DNA of 64,000 bases from Planctomycetota bacterium (GCA_965228735.1 OZ245838.1:7129929-7193928); one strand, 5' to 3'; shown: positions 8,624 to 19,328, counted from the stretch's first letter. Program-made: numbers and translations. Notes: generated from the sequence alone by a model not told the origin.

Positions 8624-11600
8624 TCAGCGATGGCGCCGGATCAGATACCGTGATCCTGCGAGCAACTCGCGGTCGAGTCTCGTGACTTCGCCGGTCGACC
8701 AACGAATCTCGACGCCGGCGATGCGCTCGTATTCGCCGAGGCCGAACCACGCGATCGGCGCATCGAACGACACGAAGCCGCCGCTGGCCTGGATCTCCCG
8801 GATCTGCTGCCGGGCGCCGTCAGGGCCGTAGCGGATGACGATCTTCGCGCCGATGCCGAAGTGGTTCCCACGCTCGTCCCGCAGTTCGAACGCAACGCTG
8901 CGATTGCCTGCGAGGTTGTTCCGATAGGTCAGCACGGGGCCGACCGCGGGCAGGGCAATGATGTCGAGGTCGCCGTCGTTGTCGAAGTCGACGTAGGTGT
9001 AGGAGCTCGTCGCCAGCAGCGAAGTCAGGCCGCTCGTCGCGGTGGTGTCGACGAAGCGTCGGCCGCCCTCGTTGCGGAAGAGCATGTTCGTCTCGCGCGT
9101 TCTCGTCGTGAACTCGCCGTTCACCACGAACAGGTCCTGCCATTCGTCGTTGTCGAGGTCCGCGAACTTCGCGTTCCAGGTCCAGCCGACAACCCCGAGC
9201 CCGAGTTCGCCGGCGACGTCGACGAACCCGCCGTTGCCGTTCGATCGGAGCAGTACGTTGTCGCCGGCGCGGGCCGGGATGCTGTCCTTTCGCTCGGCTT
9301 CCGTCTGTTCGACCCGCTCGCCGAAGACCAGGCCGCACGCGAAGCCGAACGGCTCCCAGTTGCCCCGAAACAGCTCGCACAGCTGCGGGTCGGGGTTCCA
9401 GTTGGTCGCGTGGTAGAGCAGGAACAGCGCGATGCTGTCCTCGCGGTACCGCGGGTCGATACTCGTCGTGATCGTGAGATCCTGCTGCTTCGCGATGCGG
9501 AGAAGCTGCTCCTGCACGGCGAGGACGTGCCGGCAGTGCTCCCGATGCGCCGGCTCGATCATCTCGTCGGCGATCGCGTCACCGATCGGAGTCAGCGTTG
9601 GGCCGCCGCTGCCGCTCCGGCCAGTGATCTGCCCGATGTACATCTCGGGAACGAGATCGTTGTCGAGGTCCGCCGTCGCGAACGACATCGTCGTCACCGT
9701 GGAGTGCGGGATCACGCCGTCGCCGCGACGGATTCGGCTGAGGCTGCCCGAGCCGTCGCCGCGGTAGAACGTGTCCGGCGGCCCGAAGTCGTTGGCCATC
9801 ACGAGGTCCAGGTCGCCATCGTTGTCGAAGTCGGACAGCAGCGACGCAAGCGACTCGCCGACGGCGCCGGGCAGCAGGCGAACGTCGAACGCGCCACCGC
9901 CGTGGTTCATCAGCACGACGTTCCGGCTCGACGACAGACCGCCGACGGCGCCGCGCACCTGGCCGATCTGCCCGATCGACCAGTTCCCGACGGCGACGTC
10001 GAGGTCGCCGTCGCGATCCAGATCACCGAACGACATCGTGCCCGACATGATGGCGGTGTCGTGATTGGGCAGCTCGAACAGTCGCGTCGCATCGAACCGC
10101 CCGTCCTGGTTGTAGAGGACGAAGTTGCCGCGGCGATAGCAGCAGAACACGATGTCCAGCCAGCCGTCGTCGTCGAGGTCGACCAACGCCGCGTTCACGA
10201 CGCGGCAGTCGCGCAGGTCCCCGAGGTCGATCGGTTGGCGTCGGAACCGCGCGCCGGCTTCGTTGCGATAGAGGGTCAGGCCACGGTCCGACGTGATCAC
10301 GACGTCCGGCCAGCCGTCGTGGTGCACGTCGCCCGATGCGATCGCGCGGAAACGGTGCAGCGAGAGGAAGTTCGTGACGTCGAACGCGTAGGGCTCGTCG
10401 AACCCGAACATGTCGCCTTCCAGGCGCGTGAACTGCGGACCGAGCTCGCCGACGCGCGGCCGGAAGGCGGTTCGTTCGATGGTGATCCCCGGTCGGGTGA
10501 CGTCGACGAGAGGTGCGCGAGCGAGCGGTTCGACGGGGCGGGCAGGAGGTGCGGGCGTGGCCTTCGCTTCGCGATAGCGCATCGGGCCGCGCGGTGCCGT
10601 CGTCTCGCCGAACGTCGCGAGGAACAGCTGATGCTGCTCCCGCAACTGCATCTTGTGGAAGCCCTCGGCGAGCACGCCGGCGATCACTCCGAGGCCCGCG
10701 AGAACGACGAACAGCACGACGGACAGCCGCCGAGAGATCCCGGTCCACACGATGGCCAGCGAGTAGATGCTGTAGATGCCGAGCGTGAACAGCAGGATGA
10801 CCGCGTAGCGCATCGGCATCCCGGCCGCGAGCAGGATCGCCGTGACGAGGACGTCGAACGCGATCGGCACCGGGAGCGTGATCCCGATCAGCGCGACGAC
10901 GAGCATGCTCGCGAGCACGCCGGTCATCGTGGTGTCCGGGATCAGTGTCGCGACCGAGCTCCACGGCACGAACGTCACGAGCACCGCGCCGAGGAAACCG
11001 GCGAGCACCATGAGCGGAACGGTCGTCCTGCAGATGAACCAGAGGTTCTTCGCGTAGGAGCGGAGCAGCCAGGCGACCGCTGCTCCCCACCCGGGGCCGG
11101 CCAACGTGTTCGTGGGTGCGGTATCGAGCAGGTTGGTGGGGGAGCCGGAGGGGAGTGGTTGCCGGACGTCGCCGCCAAAAAGGCGCCCGAGCAGCGGCAG
11201 GACGACCAGGACGAAGCCGATCGTGAGCCCGAGCTTGATCGCCACGATGTAGCCCGGGAGCAACGCGAAGAGCATGCTCAACACGATGATGTTGAGCGTC
11301 GGCGAACTGAGCATCGCAGCGAGCGTGGTCTCGACGCGCGCGCCGCCAGCGTGCAGTCCGCGCGCGATCGGCGCCGCGCAGTTCACGCAGACGCCGAGCG
11401 GTGCACCGATCGCCATGCCGAGCGCGGAGTTCGCGAACCGACTCTCGAAGCTGCGCGTCTTCGACCGGGTGAGCAGCAACATCAGCGCTGCCGCGAACAG
11501 CAGGCCGAACGTCATCCCCTTCTTGTTCGTGTCGAGCCAGTTCACCGTCGTGAACAGGATCCGCTGCATCGCCGGGTCGTCCGGCTGAACTGTCAGGACC

Positions 11601-11740
11601 GTTTCGAACCCCAGCTCGTCGAGCTGCACGGTCCCGCCCATGAGGGCCTTCTCGTTGAGCTGCGGCACGCGGGACTGCGTCCAGAACGTGCCCGCGAGGC
11701 CGGCGATCAGCAGGATCGACAGGATCAGGCGCTTGTCCAT
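8624..11740 (-). CDS. Permease (DUF318/ArsP-like) fused to an FG-GAP/CRTAC1 ASPIC-UnbV domain
   Basis: N-terminal multi-TM region with PLGVCVNCAAPI and SSPTLN; repeated DxDxDGxxD motifs; C-terminal GIGAKI..QIREIQASGGFVSFD..WFGLG...EIRWSTG. Confidence 0.8.
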   Translation of the reverse strand: MDKRLILSILLIAGLAGTFWTQSRVPQLNEKALMGGTVQLDELGFETVLTVQPDDPAMQRILFTTVNWLDTNKKGMTFGLLFAAALMLLLTRSKTRSFESRFANSALGMAIGAPLGVCVNCAAPIARGLHAGGARVETTLAAMLSSPTLNIIVLSMLFALLPGYIVAIKLGLTIGFVLVVLPLLGRLFGGDVRQPLPSGSPTNLLDTAPTNTLAGPGWGAAVAWLLRSYAKNLWFICRTTVPLMVLAGFLGAVLVTFVPWSSVATLIPDTTMTGVLASMLVVALIGITLPVPIAFDVLVTAILLAAGMPMRYAVILLFTLGIYSIYSLAIVWTGISRRLSVVLFVVLAGLGVIAGVLAEGFHKMQLREQHQLFLATFGETTAPRGPMRYREAKATPAPPARPVEPLARAPLVDVTRPGITIERTAFRPRVGELGPQFTRLEGDMFGFDEPYAFDVTNFLSLHRFRAIASGDVHHDGWPDVVITSDRGLTLYRNEAGARFRRQPIDLGDLRDCRVVNAALVDLDDDGWLDIVFCCYRRGNFVLYNQDGRFDATRLFELPNHDTAIMSGTMSFGDLDRDGDLDVAVGNWSIGQIGQVRGAVGGLSSSRNVVLMNHGGGAFDVRLLPGAVGESLASLLSDFDNDGDLDLVMANDFGPPDTFYRGDGSGSLSRIRRGDGVIPHSTVTTMSFATADLDNDLVPEMYIGQITGRSGSGGPTLTPIGDAIADEMIEPAHREHCRHVLAVQEQLLRIAKQQDLTITTSIDPRYREDSIALFLLYHATNWNPDPQLCELFRGNWEPFGFACGLVFGERVEQTEAERKDSIPARAGDNVLLRSNGNGGFVDVAGELGLGVVGWTWNAKFADLDNDEWQDLFVVNGEFTTRTRETNMLFRNEGGRRFVDTTATSGLTSLLATSSYTYVDFDNDGDLDIIALPAVGPVLTYRNNLAGNRSVAFELRDERGNHFGIGAKIVIRYGPDGARQQIREIQASGGFVSFDAPIAWFGLGEYERIAGVEIRWSTGEVTRLDRELLAGSRYLIRRHR

Positions 11741-11885
11741 CGAGGCGGCGACGTGCTTCCGGGAACGGCCCCGCCTGCCCGGTGCGAGGCGCTGCCGTCG
11801 GCCTCATCGGCAGGACGGGCGGTTCAGACGAGGCGGGTTCCCTGGCAACCGCGGCACCGGCGGCGCGTCGCCCGGTCCGGCAGCG

Positions 11886-14885
11886 TCAGCCGCCCAGGGT
11901 CATCACGAGCCCGTTGCTGACCGAGATCGGGGTCGAGGCGTGCACGGTCTGCACCGTGAACCGCACGCCCGTGAACGTCGACGAGGCCGGGATGTTGAGG
12001 GCGTAGGACCACTGCGGCCCGAACTGCAACACGGACGCCGTCGGTCGCAGGAGGTGGGGCCAGCTCACGCAGTCGGCGGGCAGGACGCCGGGCAGCGCGA
12101 TCGGACCGGTGACGAGGCCGATCACGAGCGCGCTCACGTTGCCCGTCGGCACCGTGCCTCGAACCGGAATCGCGCCGCCGAGGACCGGGTGGCCGGCGCG
12201 CAGCGTCGGTGGGTCGACGTGGCCGCAGCCGTTGCCGAGTCGGTCGACCGTCGCGCGGCCGCGGATGACGCGCAGCTCGACGCCCTTCAGCGGTTCGAAT
12301 GCCGGGAACCAGACACCGCCGCGATGCGCGAGGAGGTCGGTGACGTGACCGATTGCGGCGCCGGGGTCCAGGTCCGCGACCAGGACCGTGCCGGCCGCGG
12401 TGCCGTCCGAGAACCACAGCTCCTTGCCGTGCGTGCCGTCGTCGGCGCGGAAGAACACGCCGCCGGATGCCGGCGTCAGCAGCAGCGGGTCGGAGGCTCC
12501 CGAGCCAGGCCGGATGTCGGCGACCAGTCCCGTTCCCGCGGCGGTGCCGTCGCTCGCGAACAGTTCCCTGCCGCCGCCGGGGCCCGGCGCGACGAAGAAC
12601 AGCCGGTCGTTCGAGACGTTCAGGGTGCCGGCCGTCACGGCGAGGGAGGCGATCTGGATCGTGCCCGCCGCGGTGCCGTCGGTCTTCCAGAGGCCGCTGC
12701 CCGCCGTGAACCACATCTCGCCCGCAAACGCCGTGAAGCCGCTCGGGTTGCCGTTGCCCGGGCCGGGCACGAGGTCCTCAACGAGCGTGGTGCCGGCGCT
12801 GGTGCCGTCGGATCGGAACAACTCGGTGCCGAGCGACGGGTGCCTCGCGTAGAACAGCACCTCGTCGCCAAACGCCGTCACGCTGCCGGGCGCCGGGGCT
12901 GCGCCGGGCTGCAGATCGTGCACCTGGTAGGTGCCGGCGACGGTGCCGTCGGTGGCCCAGAGCTCGTGGCCGTCATGCCAGTGCAGGGCGGTGAAGAACA
13001 GCTTGCCGCCGGCGACGCAGTACGGCCGCGCGTGCGAGGACGCCCCGCCCGGGTTGATGTCGGCGAACTGCATCGTGCCGGCCGCGGTACCGTCGGTGAC
13101 CCAGAGCTCGCGGCCGTCCTGGCCGCCGTCGGCGGTGAAGAACACGCGGCCGTCGAACGCGACGAGGTCGCGCGGATCGCTCGTCGCGGCGCCGGGCCGG
13201 ATGTCGCGTAGCAGGATCGTGCCGGCGGGCGTGCCGTCGGTGCGCCAGACTTCGCGGCCGTTCGTGCCGTCATCGGCGACGAACAGCGTCACGGTCGCGG
13301 CGCCGCGACGGAGGTCGACGAAGGTCGTCGGCGCGCTGCCGCCGGCGCCGGGTTGGAGGTCCGCCAGCAGCGACGTCTGGCCGCCGTCGTGGACCCAGAG
13401 CTCGAAGCCGGTCGCTGGCTGGTAGGCGGCGAAGTACAGCGCGCCCGTGGTGCTGCCGAACAGCTGGCCCGGATAGGCGTCCTCGGTCTGGAAGCCCGGG
13501 TTGCAGTCGAACAGCAGCTGGGTGCCGGCGCTCGTGCCGTCGGTGATCCAGAGTTCGCTGCCACCCTGCCCCTCGCGCGGGTCGTCGGCGCGGAACAGCG
13601 CCGTCAGACCGTTGCCGGTCGGCGTGAGCTCGAGCGGCGAGCCGCCGGTCGCGCCCGGCACGATCTCGCGCACGCGCAGAGTGCCCGCTGCGGTGCCGTC
13701 GGTGTGCCAGAGCTCGGGTCCGCCGCTGCCGTCGTCGGCCGACAACAGGAACGACCCGCCCGGCATCGCGGTCAGGCCGCTGGGATCGCTGTCACCGACG
13801 CCGGGGTGGATGTCGGCGACGAGGCTCACGGTGTTGCCGACGAGTCGATAGAGCTCGGTGCCGGTGCTCGGCTGTGTGCCGGCGAGATAGAGCGTCGCGC
13901 CGTCCAGCAGCATCAGCCGCACGTCCGTCATCATCGGCAGCGGGATCACGGACGTGCCAGCCGCGGTGCCGTCGGTGCGCATCAGGCGGTTGGCGACGCC
14001 GTCGGACGCGCGGAAGAACAGCTGGCCGCCGAGCACCGCGGGCGGACCGCGATCGGGATGGAGCTGCGGGAGCGACCAACCGCTGCCGGGATCGAGGTCC
14101 GCGAGCAGGTTCGTTCCAGCGCTCGTGCCATCGGTCCGCCAGAGCTCGACGCCGTGTATGCCGTCGTTGGCCCGGAACATCATCCCGCCGCCGAGCGCGA
14201 CGAACTGCTCGGGCTGGCTGCTCGCGACGAGGCCGGTGCCCGGGCGGATGTCCTTCAGCCGGAACGTGCCGGCCGCGGTGCCGTCGGTGCGCCACGGTTC
14301 GTCACCGGCCTGGTCGCGCCCGCTGAAGTAGACCACCGTCCCGGCCTGATCAGCCGCGAAGTGTTGCGCCGAGGACACGCCCGAGAACAACGCAACCGTG
14401 CCGTTCGCCGTGCCGTCGCTGAGGTAGAGCGTGTTGCCGGCCGAGAACAGCAGCGCGCCGTTCCATTCGAACAGCTCCGGGCAATGGCCGGACTGCACGA
14501 TCGACGTGCCGGCCGCGGTGCCGTCGGTTCGCAGCAGCCCGTTCGACGTCGCGGCGTAGACGATCGAACCGAGGCAGATCAGCGAACGCGGGTTCGCGCT
14601 GGCCTGCCCGGGCGCGAAGTCGACGACCATGCTGGTGCCGGCGGCGGTGCCGTCGGTCTTCCAGATCTCGTTCCGCTCGTCGAACGTCGTCGCGACGAAG
14701 AACCACTCGTTGCCGCACCGCACGAACCCGTGCGGGCTGCCGTCGCGCTCGAAGCCGACCTGGTTGACATCGTGGACGAGCTCGATCGGTCCGATCGGGC
14801 CCTGCGCCGCCAGTAGCTGGGAGGCGATGACGAGGGCGACGAGGACGACGAGAACGGGGGGAGAACGGTGGGGGCGCGGGCTCAT
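11886..14885 (-). CDS. ELWxxDGT repeat protein, secreted, with the shared C-terminal domain
   Basis: Many ELWxTDGTAAGT repeats; signal peptide. Confidence 0.92.
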   Translation of the reverse strand: MSPRPHRSPPVLVVLVALVIASQLLAAQGPIGPIELVHDVNQVGFERDGSPHGFVRCGNEWFFVATTFDERNEIWKTDGTAAGTSMVVDFAPGQASANPRSLICLGSIVYAATSNGLLRTDGTAAGTSIVQSGHCPELFEWNGALLFSAGNTLYLSDGTANGTVALFSGVSSAQHFAADQAGTVVYFSGRDQAGDEPWRTDGTAAGTFRLKDIRPGTGLVASSQPEQFVALGGGMMFRANDGIHGVELWRTDGTSAGTNLLADLDPGSGWSLPQLHPDRGPPAVLGGQLFFRASDGVANRLMRTDGTAAGTSVIPLPMMTDVRLMLLDGATLYLAGTQPSTGTELYRLVGNTVSLVADIHPGVGDSDPSGLTAMPGGSFLLSADDGSGGPELWHTDGTAAGTLRVREIVPGATGGSPLELTPTGNGLTALFRADDPREGQGGSELWITDGTSAGTQLLFDCNPGFQTEDAYPGQLFGSTTGALYFAAYQPATGFELWVHDGGQTSLLADLQPGAGGSAPTTFVDLRRGAATVTLFVADDGTNGREVWRTDGTPAGTILLRDIRPGAATSDPRDLVAFDGRVFFTADGGQDGRELWVTDGTAAGTMQFADINPGGASSHARPYCVAGGKLFFTALHWHDGHELWATDGTVAGTYQVHDLQPGAAPAPGSVTAFGDEVLFYARHPSLGTELFRSDGTSAGTTLVEDLVPGPGNGNPSGFTAFAGEMWFTAGSGLWKTDGTAAGTIQIASLAVTAGTLNVSNDRLFFVAPGPGGGRELFASDGTAAGTGLVADIRPGSGASDPLLLTPASGGVFFRADDGTHGKELWFSDGTAAGTVLVADLDPGAAIGHVTDLLAHRGGVWFPAFEPLKGVELRVIRGRATVDRLGNGCGHVDPPTLRAGHPVLGGAIPVRGTVPTGNVSALVIGLVTGPIALPGVLPADCVSWPHLLRPTASVLQFGPQWSYALNIPASSTFTGVRFTVQTVHASTPISVSNGLVMTLGG

Positions 14886-15181
14886 GTCGTCGACTCGCGC
14901 GGAGCGGCCGGCAGGGGCAGTCGGCAGGACGGTTTCTTGGTTCGGCCTGTTCCAGCGCTACTGACTCCGGCCGTTCGTAGGTCGCAAAATACTGCTATTG
15001 TGCAACTTGCGTTGAGCGCTGCAAGGTCCTTGCCGCCGGCGAGCCGTCCGTTCGGGTTCGACTTCTAGCGTCGTCAAGGGGAGGTTCGTTGAGCATCCTG
15101 CTCGAACCGTGAGAGAGCGACCGCCCGCGCGCGTCGGTAACCCGAGCGCCGTTTCACGTTGCGACGACGGAGCAATCCCGT

Positions 15182-15871
15182 TCAGGGGAGGGTGCCACCG
15201 TTCTGCTGCAAGTGGCGTGCTGCCTTGCGGCGGCGCTTCGGGGTGCGATCGACGGAGTGCATCCTGGACCGGTTGTCGGCGTTGGCGTTGAGCGCGAGTA
15301 CGGCGGCCATGACCAGCTCCATCGCCGTTTCGTCGGGAATGTCTCCGTTCGCCAGAGCAGCCAGAATGTCCTCGTCCCGCCGCTCTCGAAGACGGGCACG
15401 AACCGTGTCGGAACCGGAGTTCCCATCGACGAGGTGCACGCCGAGCAGCATGACCTTCAGTATGAACGATACATCGAGGACTTCTGCGCTCCGTGGCGCC
15501 TCTCGCGAGTCTGCGTGCCGGTATCGCCGCCGGTCTCGACCGACCTCTACGAGCAACCGCCCAGCATCCTCGATCGCGCCGCCGAGTAGCTGCGGGTTGG
15601 ATGCGGCAACCATGCGAATCGCGTGAAGCCTGTCGTGAGCGGACACGCCGCGTGCTTCGCCGACCTGACACTTGTGCGACTGGTACGAGCCCCACAGGCC
15701 CCGAGGCAGGCTCTTCTGCAGCACGTGCTGGTGGTACTTGATCGCAGCCTCATCGACGAGGAGGTTGCCGCGCGCTACCCGACCGTCGAGCAGCAGCGGA
15801 TAGATCACTACGCCGACGAGCAGCAACAGCAGGATCGTGATTCCCGAGATCAAAACGAGGCCGATTGGCAT
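15182..15871 (-). CDS. Membrane-anchored hypothetical protein
   Basis: N-terminal TM helix; start overlaps the stop of the response regulator gene. Confidence 0.55.
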   Translation of the reverse strand: MPIGLVLISGITILLLLLVGVVIYPLLLDGRVARGNLLVDEAAIKYHQHVLQKSLPRGLWGSYQSHKCQVGEARGVSAHDRLHAIRMVAASNPQLLGGAIEDAGRLLVEVGRDRRRYRHADSREAPRSAEVLDVSFILKVMLLGVHLVDGNSGSDTVRARLRERRDEDILAALANGDIPDETAMELVMAAVLALNANADNRSRMHSVDRTPKRRRKAARHLQQNGGTLP

Positions 15872-16320
15872 TACTGCTCTCCGTTCTCTGATCGGTCTAG
15901 TTTCAGCATGTCGCGGACCTTCTCGACGATCACCCTGGGGCTGTCTTGGCGTCGGAACACGGCCACGCGAACGTCGAGCCCTCGGGAGTCAGCGTGCAGC
16001 TCCAGTTCCTGCTGGATCCGGTTGACATCGCCGCCATCCAGCACCGTGTACAGGATCACGTTCGATACGCCTCGGTCGAGTGCTTCACGCGCCAGTCGTG
16101 CTCCAAGTCGCCGCTCGAGGGAAAACTCGCCTCGGGCTCGCATCAAGACCACGTCGAGCAGTACGAGGTCGACGTGCTTCTCCAAACGGTCTCGCCCTTC
16201 GTCGTAGGCCTCCGCCCGGTGTAGCCGAATCGCGAGTTGATCCAGGTACGAACGCAAACCGGTCATGACGCGCATGTCGTCGTCGACCCATAGGACTACT
16301 GGGATCAGCTCCTCGGTCAT
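15871..16320 (-). CDS. Single-domain response regulator (receiver), atypical
   Basis: VLWVDDD, DLVLLDV (phospho-Asp), VILYT; the conserved Lys is not evident (VFRRQ). Confidence 0.75.
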   Translation of the reverse strand: MTEELIPVVLWVDDDMRVMTGLRSYLDQLAIRLHRAEAYDEGRDRLEKHVDLVLLDVVLMRARGEFSLERRLGARLAREALDRGVSNVILYTVLDGGDVNRIQQELELHADSRGLDVRVAVFRRQDSPRVIVEKVRDMLKLDRSENGEQ

Positions 16321-17456
16321 TTGCCACTCCACTCTGCAGACATGTGAGCCTCGGCTTCCAGTACGGGAAACAACAACGAACACTTGGTCAGGTGCGGGAC
16401 GTCCTCATCGTCACCGTCTCGTGTCGAGTCCGTCGCGGGGCGTGACTGGATGCGAACCTCGCCGTCGTGCAGTGACATGATCTCATTGACGACGTACATC
16501 CCGATGCCGAAGCCCGGTCTGCCGCTGTTCTGGGCCGCGCTGCCGCGGAACCCGAAGCTTCCGATCCGCGAGATCTCGTCCTTGTCGATCGCGATCCCGT
16601 AGTTCTGGACGCTGATTTCGACTCTGCGTTGACGAAAGCCTGGGTCGAACAACTTGGCTCGAACGTCGACGTGGCGCGTCTTCGACGTGGCGGTGGAGAA
16701 GTACGAGTACTTGATCGCGTTGGATACGACGTTGCTGAGAGCTTGTTTGATCATCTGAGGATCGGCGCGAATCAGGATCGGTTCGGTGATATGGCTGCGC
16801 AACTCGATGCCCTTCGAGTCGGCCATGGCTCGCCAGGTCCGAACCACCGACGTGAGTATCTCGGAGAGATCCAAAGTTGACGTCCGGGGGCGCGAGCGCT
16901 TCTCACCCCGCCGTGCGCTGTAGTAGCGCATCAGGTTCTCGAGATGCCAAAGGCCGATCTCGGCCTGCTCGCCGGCGACTCTGACGTTCGCGGCGATCGG
17001 ACGAGGCAGGGAGGCGTTCGGGGAGAAGGCGTCGTCGCCGGCGTCGAGAAGGAACTCCGCGGCTCCTTGGATGGCCGACAGGGAGACCCCGATCTCATGC
17101 ATCGTGTTCTCGCGCGCAACCTGGTCACCAAGGGTCAGCTGGGTAACCTCCAACAACGCGAGACCGAGCAGATCCACGGTTTCGGCAGCGGATTCGCTCG
17201 AAGTGCCACGCAGTCGCACCTGTCCCAGTCCGGGAACGGTCTCCGAGCGCTCGATTGCTTTCGGGAATGTCCCGGGTTTGCCGAACGTGGCGATCGTTCG
17301 GCCATCGACGTCGAGGGTCAGATGTAGGCCGTGACCTGCGACCGACTGCATGATGGCCGTGAACTTGGGAAGGACGCGGCTCTGGAACTCGGCGAGAGCC
17401 CAGCTCGAAGGATCGCCGGGCCCGCTGGTTCCGGCACCGTCACTGAAGTAGCTCAT
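16317..17456 (-). CDS. Histidine kinase (no obvious TM segment)
   Basis: H-box HEIGVSLSAIQG, N-box ALSNVVSNAIKYS, G1 VQNYGIAI, G2 GFGIGMYVV. Confidence 0.9.
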   Translation of the reverse strand: MSYFSDGAGTSGPGDPSSWALAEFQSRVLPKFTAIMQSVAGHGLHLTLDVDGRTIATFGKPGTFPKAIERSETVPGLGQVRLRGTSSESAAETVDLLGLALLEVTQLTLGDQVARENTMHEIGVSLSAIQGAAEFLLDAGDDAFSPNASLPRPIAANVRVAGEQAEIGLWHLENLMRYYSARRGEKRSRPRTSTLDLSEILTSVVRTWRAMADSKGIELRSHITEPILIRADPQMIKQALSNVVSNAIKYSYFSTATSKTRHVDVRAKLFDPGFRQRRVEISVQNYGIAIDKDEISRIGSFGFRGSAAQNSGRPGFGIGMYVVNEIMSLHDGEVRIQSRPATDSTRDGDDEDVPHLTKCSLLFPVLEAEAHMSAEWSGK

Positions 17457-19024
17457 TGTCCCCTCGCTTCCGTGAGAAGCTTCCGCACGCGATCTCCGAC
17501 CACGGCGCAATCGAGCAGGGGTTGCATGCCCATGTAGCGGAGGTCGGAGAAGAAGGCCGAATCAGCGAACCCGCGATAGAGCGCTCGTTGCAGGGAGTCG
17601 TACGCAAGATCGCCGTGCTCGCACTCCTCGTGGTTGTCCCCGCGGCATGCGCTGCCGGGAATAGCCATGCGAAGAGCGATCAGCTGAGCCCGCGTGATGA
17701 GGTATGCAGGTTGTGGGTTCTTCTGGAAGTCGTCGAATAGCAGCTTGATGTGCTTGTCGATCCAGTCCCGACACTCTTGATCGTCCGTGAGGATCTGCGC
17801 CAGTAGTCGGTGTGCTTCCTTCGAGAGGCGAGCCGGTTCGATCCGCGGCCCGTCGCCTGGGTCCCGTTCACCTTCGTAGCGGATCCGGAGAATGCGATAG
17901 ATCAGATCCGCGATGTTGTTGCTGTGAGCGCCTACGGACGCTCCGGTGTCGGCGCGGTATCGCTTGACGGCCTCGTTGATCGCGGCCTCGAACGGGATCG
18001 TCGATTTGGTGGCGTTCGTCGGAGTCGGGGCCTGAGTCTCACTGGGCCAGTCGTAGTCCGACTTGATGAGCCGCCACTGTTGGATGTAGTGCGCGATGCA
18101 GTTGCCGATGAGCGAGTCGATTCGCCTTCGATCCTTGTCGCCCGCCTCGCCCTCGGGCGTGACCTCGCGTGCGCGAAGTAGCAGCGCATGGGCCTTGGCG
18201 GTGTAGCGCACGTGGAGCCCCTGTGCTCCGAGGGCGAGGCATCCGCGCGCGCGCATGACCAGCAACTGTCCGGCCGCTCCCGGAGCCTCGTTGCCGGTGG
18301 GGACCATCGGCTCGTAGCAGTGACTCTCGAGATGCTGGTAATACTCTTCTTTCGTCTTGGTTGCGGCGAGGGCACGGAGCTTCTTGATACCGATGTCGTA
18401 CGCCGGATCGACGACCGTGAAGCTGCGGCACATTGGCCAGCTGGCATGCGCGGAGTCTTCGGCAAGAAGCGTCTTCATTGGCGCACTGGGCCGCTCGTCG
18501 AAGTTCCGGATGTAGACGAGGTCCTTGAACTGCTCCTCGAGCGCCTCCTGTCGAGTTTGGAGGACGCCGGAGTACCAAGTGGCAGTGATCGTGACCGCGA
18601 TCGCCGCAGTCGCGATCATGACGAGGCCGATCGCAGGTCCTTCGATGCGGGACTTCCGGTCGACCATCCAGCCAGCGAAGCGCGACTGCACCTTGAAGAG
18701 CAGGTCGCAGAAGTTCATCCACATGCGGCCGAGGAATTGGCGACTACTCTTGGTGACCGCGGCGAGCAGGAGCGCGACGGTCAGACTGCCGAGCAAGAGT
18801 TCGACGTAGCCCCAGCTCGGTGGCGCCTTCGCCGAGCCGTCTTGCAGGAGCTTGGCTGCGATGGCACGGACGAGGTAGGCGTCGCCGATCAGCGCGAAGT
18901 AGATCACGCTGACCGTGCAGACGAGCAGCACGAGCATGGCGTACGAGCGGTTGAGCACGACGACCTTCGGCCGACCCGCACCGTAGAGATACGTCAACCA
19001 CACTCGGTAGGTGGCGTTGAACAT
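17453..19024 (-). CDS. Membrane protein with a large helical soluble domain
   Basis: Three TM segments followed by ~350 aa; ATGA-coupled to the kinase gene. Confidence 0.65.
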   Translation of the reverse strand: MFNATYRVWLTYLYGAGRPKVVVLNRSYAMLVLLVCTVSVIYFALIGDAYLVRAIAAKLLQDGSAKAPPSWGYVELLLGSLTVALLLAAVTKSSRQFLGRMWMNFCDLLFKVQSRFAGWMVDRKSRIEGPAIGLVMIATAAIAVTITATWYSGVLQTRQEALEEQFKDLVYIRNFDERPSAPMKTLLAEDSAHASWPMCRSFTVVDPAYDIGIKKLRALAATKTKEEYYQHLESHCYEPMVPTGNEAPGAAGQLLVMRARGCLALGAQGLHVRYTAKAHALLLRAREVTPEGEAGDKDRRRIDSLIGNCIAHYIQQWRLIKSDYDWPSETQAPTPTNATKSTIPFEAAINEAVKRYRADTGASVGAHSNNIADLIYRILRIRYEGERDPGDGPRIEPARLSKEAHRLLAQILTDDQECRDWIDKHIKLLFDDFQKNPQPAYLITRAQLIALRMAIPGSACRGDNHEECEHGDLAYDSLQRALYRGFADSAFFSDLRYMGMQPLLDCAVVGDRVRKLLTEARGQ

Positions 19025-19130
19025 GACCGACCTCCTTCCCGACTCTCGAATGAATCGCGCTACGAAAAGCGCGCGACTACCCAACAGAGGATGCCGGCTG
19101 CGCACGGAGTAAGTCAAGTGGCGGGAGCGG

Positions 19131-19328
19131 TTGCCCCGAGACGAGTCGCAATCGGGAGTCGGTCTCCACGCTCGATGGACGCTCGTAACGACTTTCGAAC
19201 TCTTCAACTACGGCGTTCCCCTCGAGCTCGCAGACGATCGCGGCGGATCGCGTTTCGATGTCGACGACATGCTCGCGATCTACCCGATCACGGGGGAGGT
19301 GCTGTTCGACGGCATCGTTGGTAAGTAG
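19131..19328 (+). pseudogene. Possible 3' gene fragment
   Basis: Coding-like codon usage (FELFNYGVPLELADD..LAIYPITGEVLFDGIVGK*) but no convincing start. Confidence 0.25.

Noticed and set aside
8861..11920. Long antisense ORFs (also 2091-4385, 24644-26563, 38193-40367 and others)
   Set aside because: High-GC shadow frames opposite well-supported genes
11886..14885. DNA repeats (gcggtgccgtcggt) as a non-coding array
   Set aside because: Explained by the ELWxxDGT protein repeats
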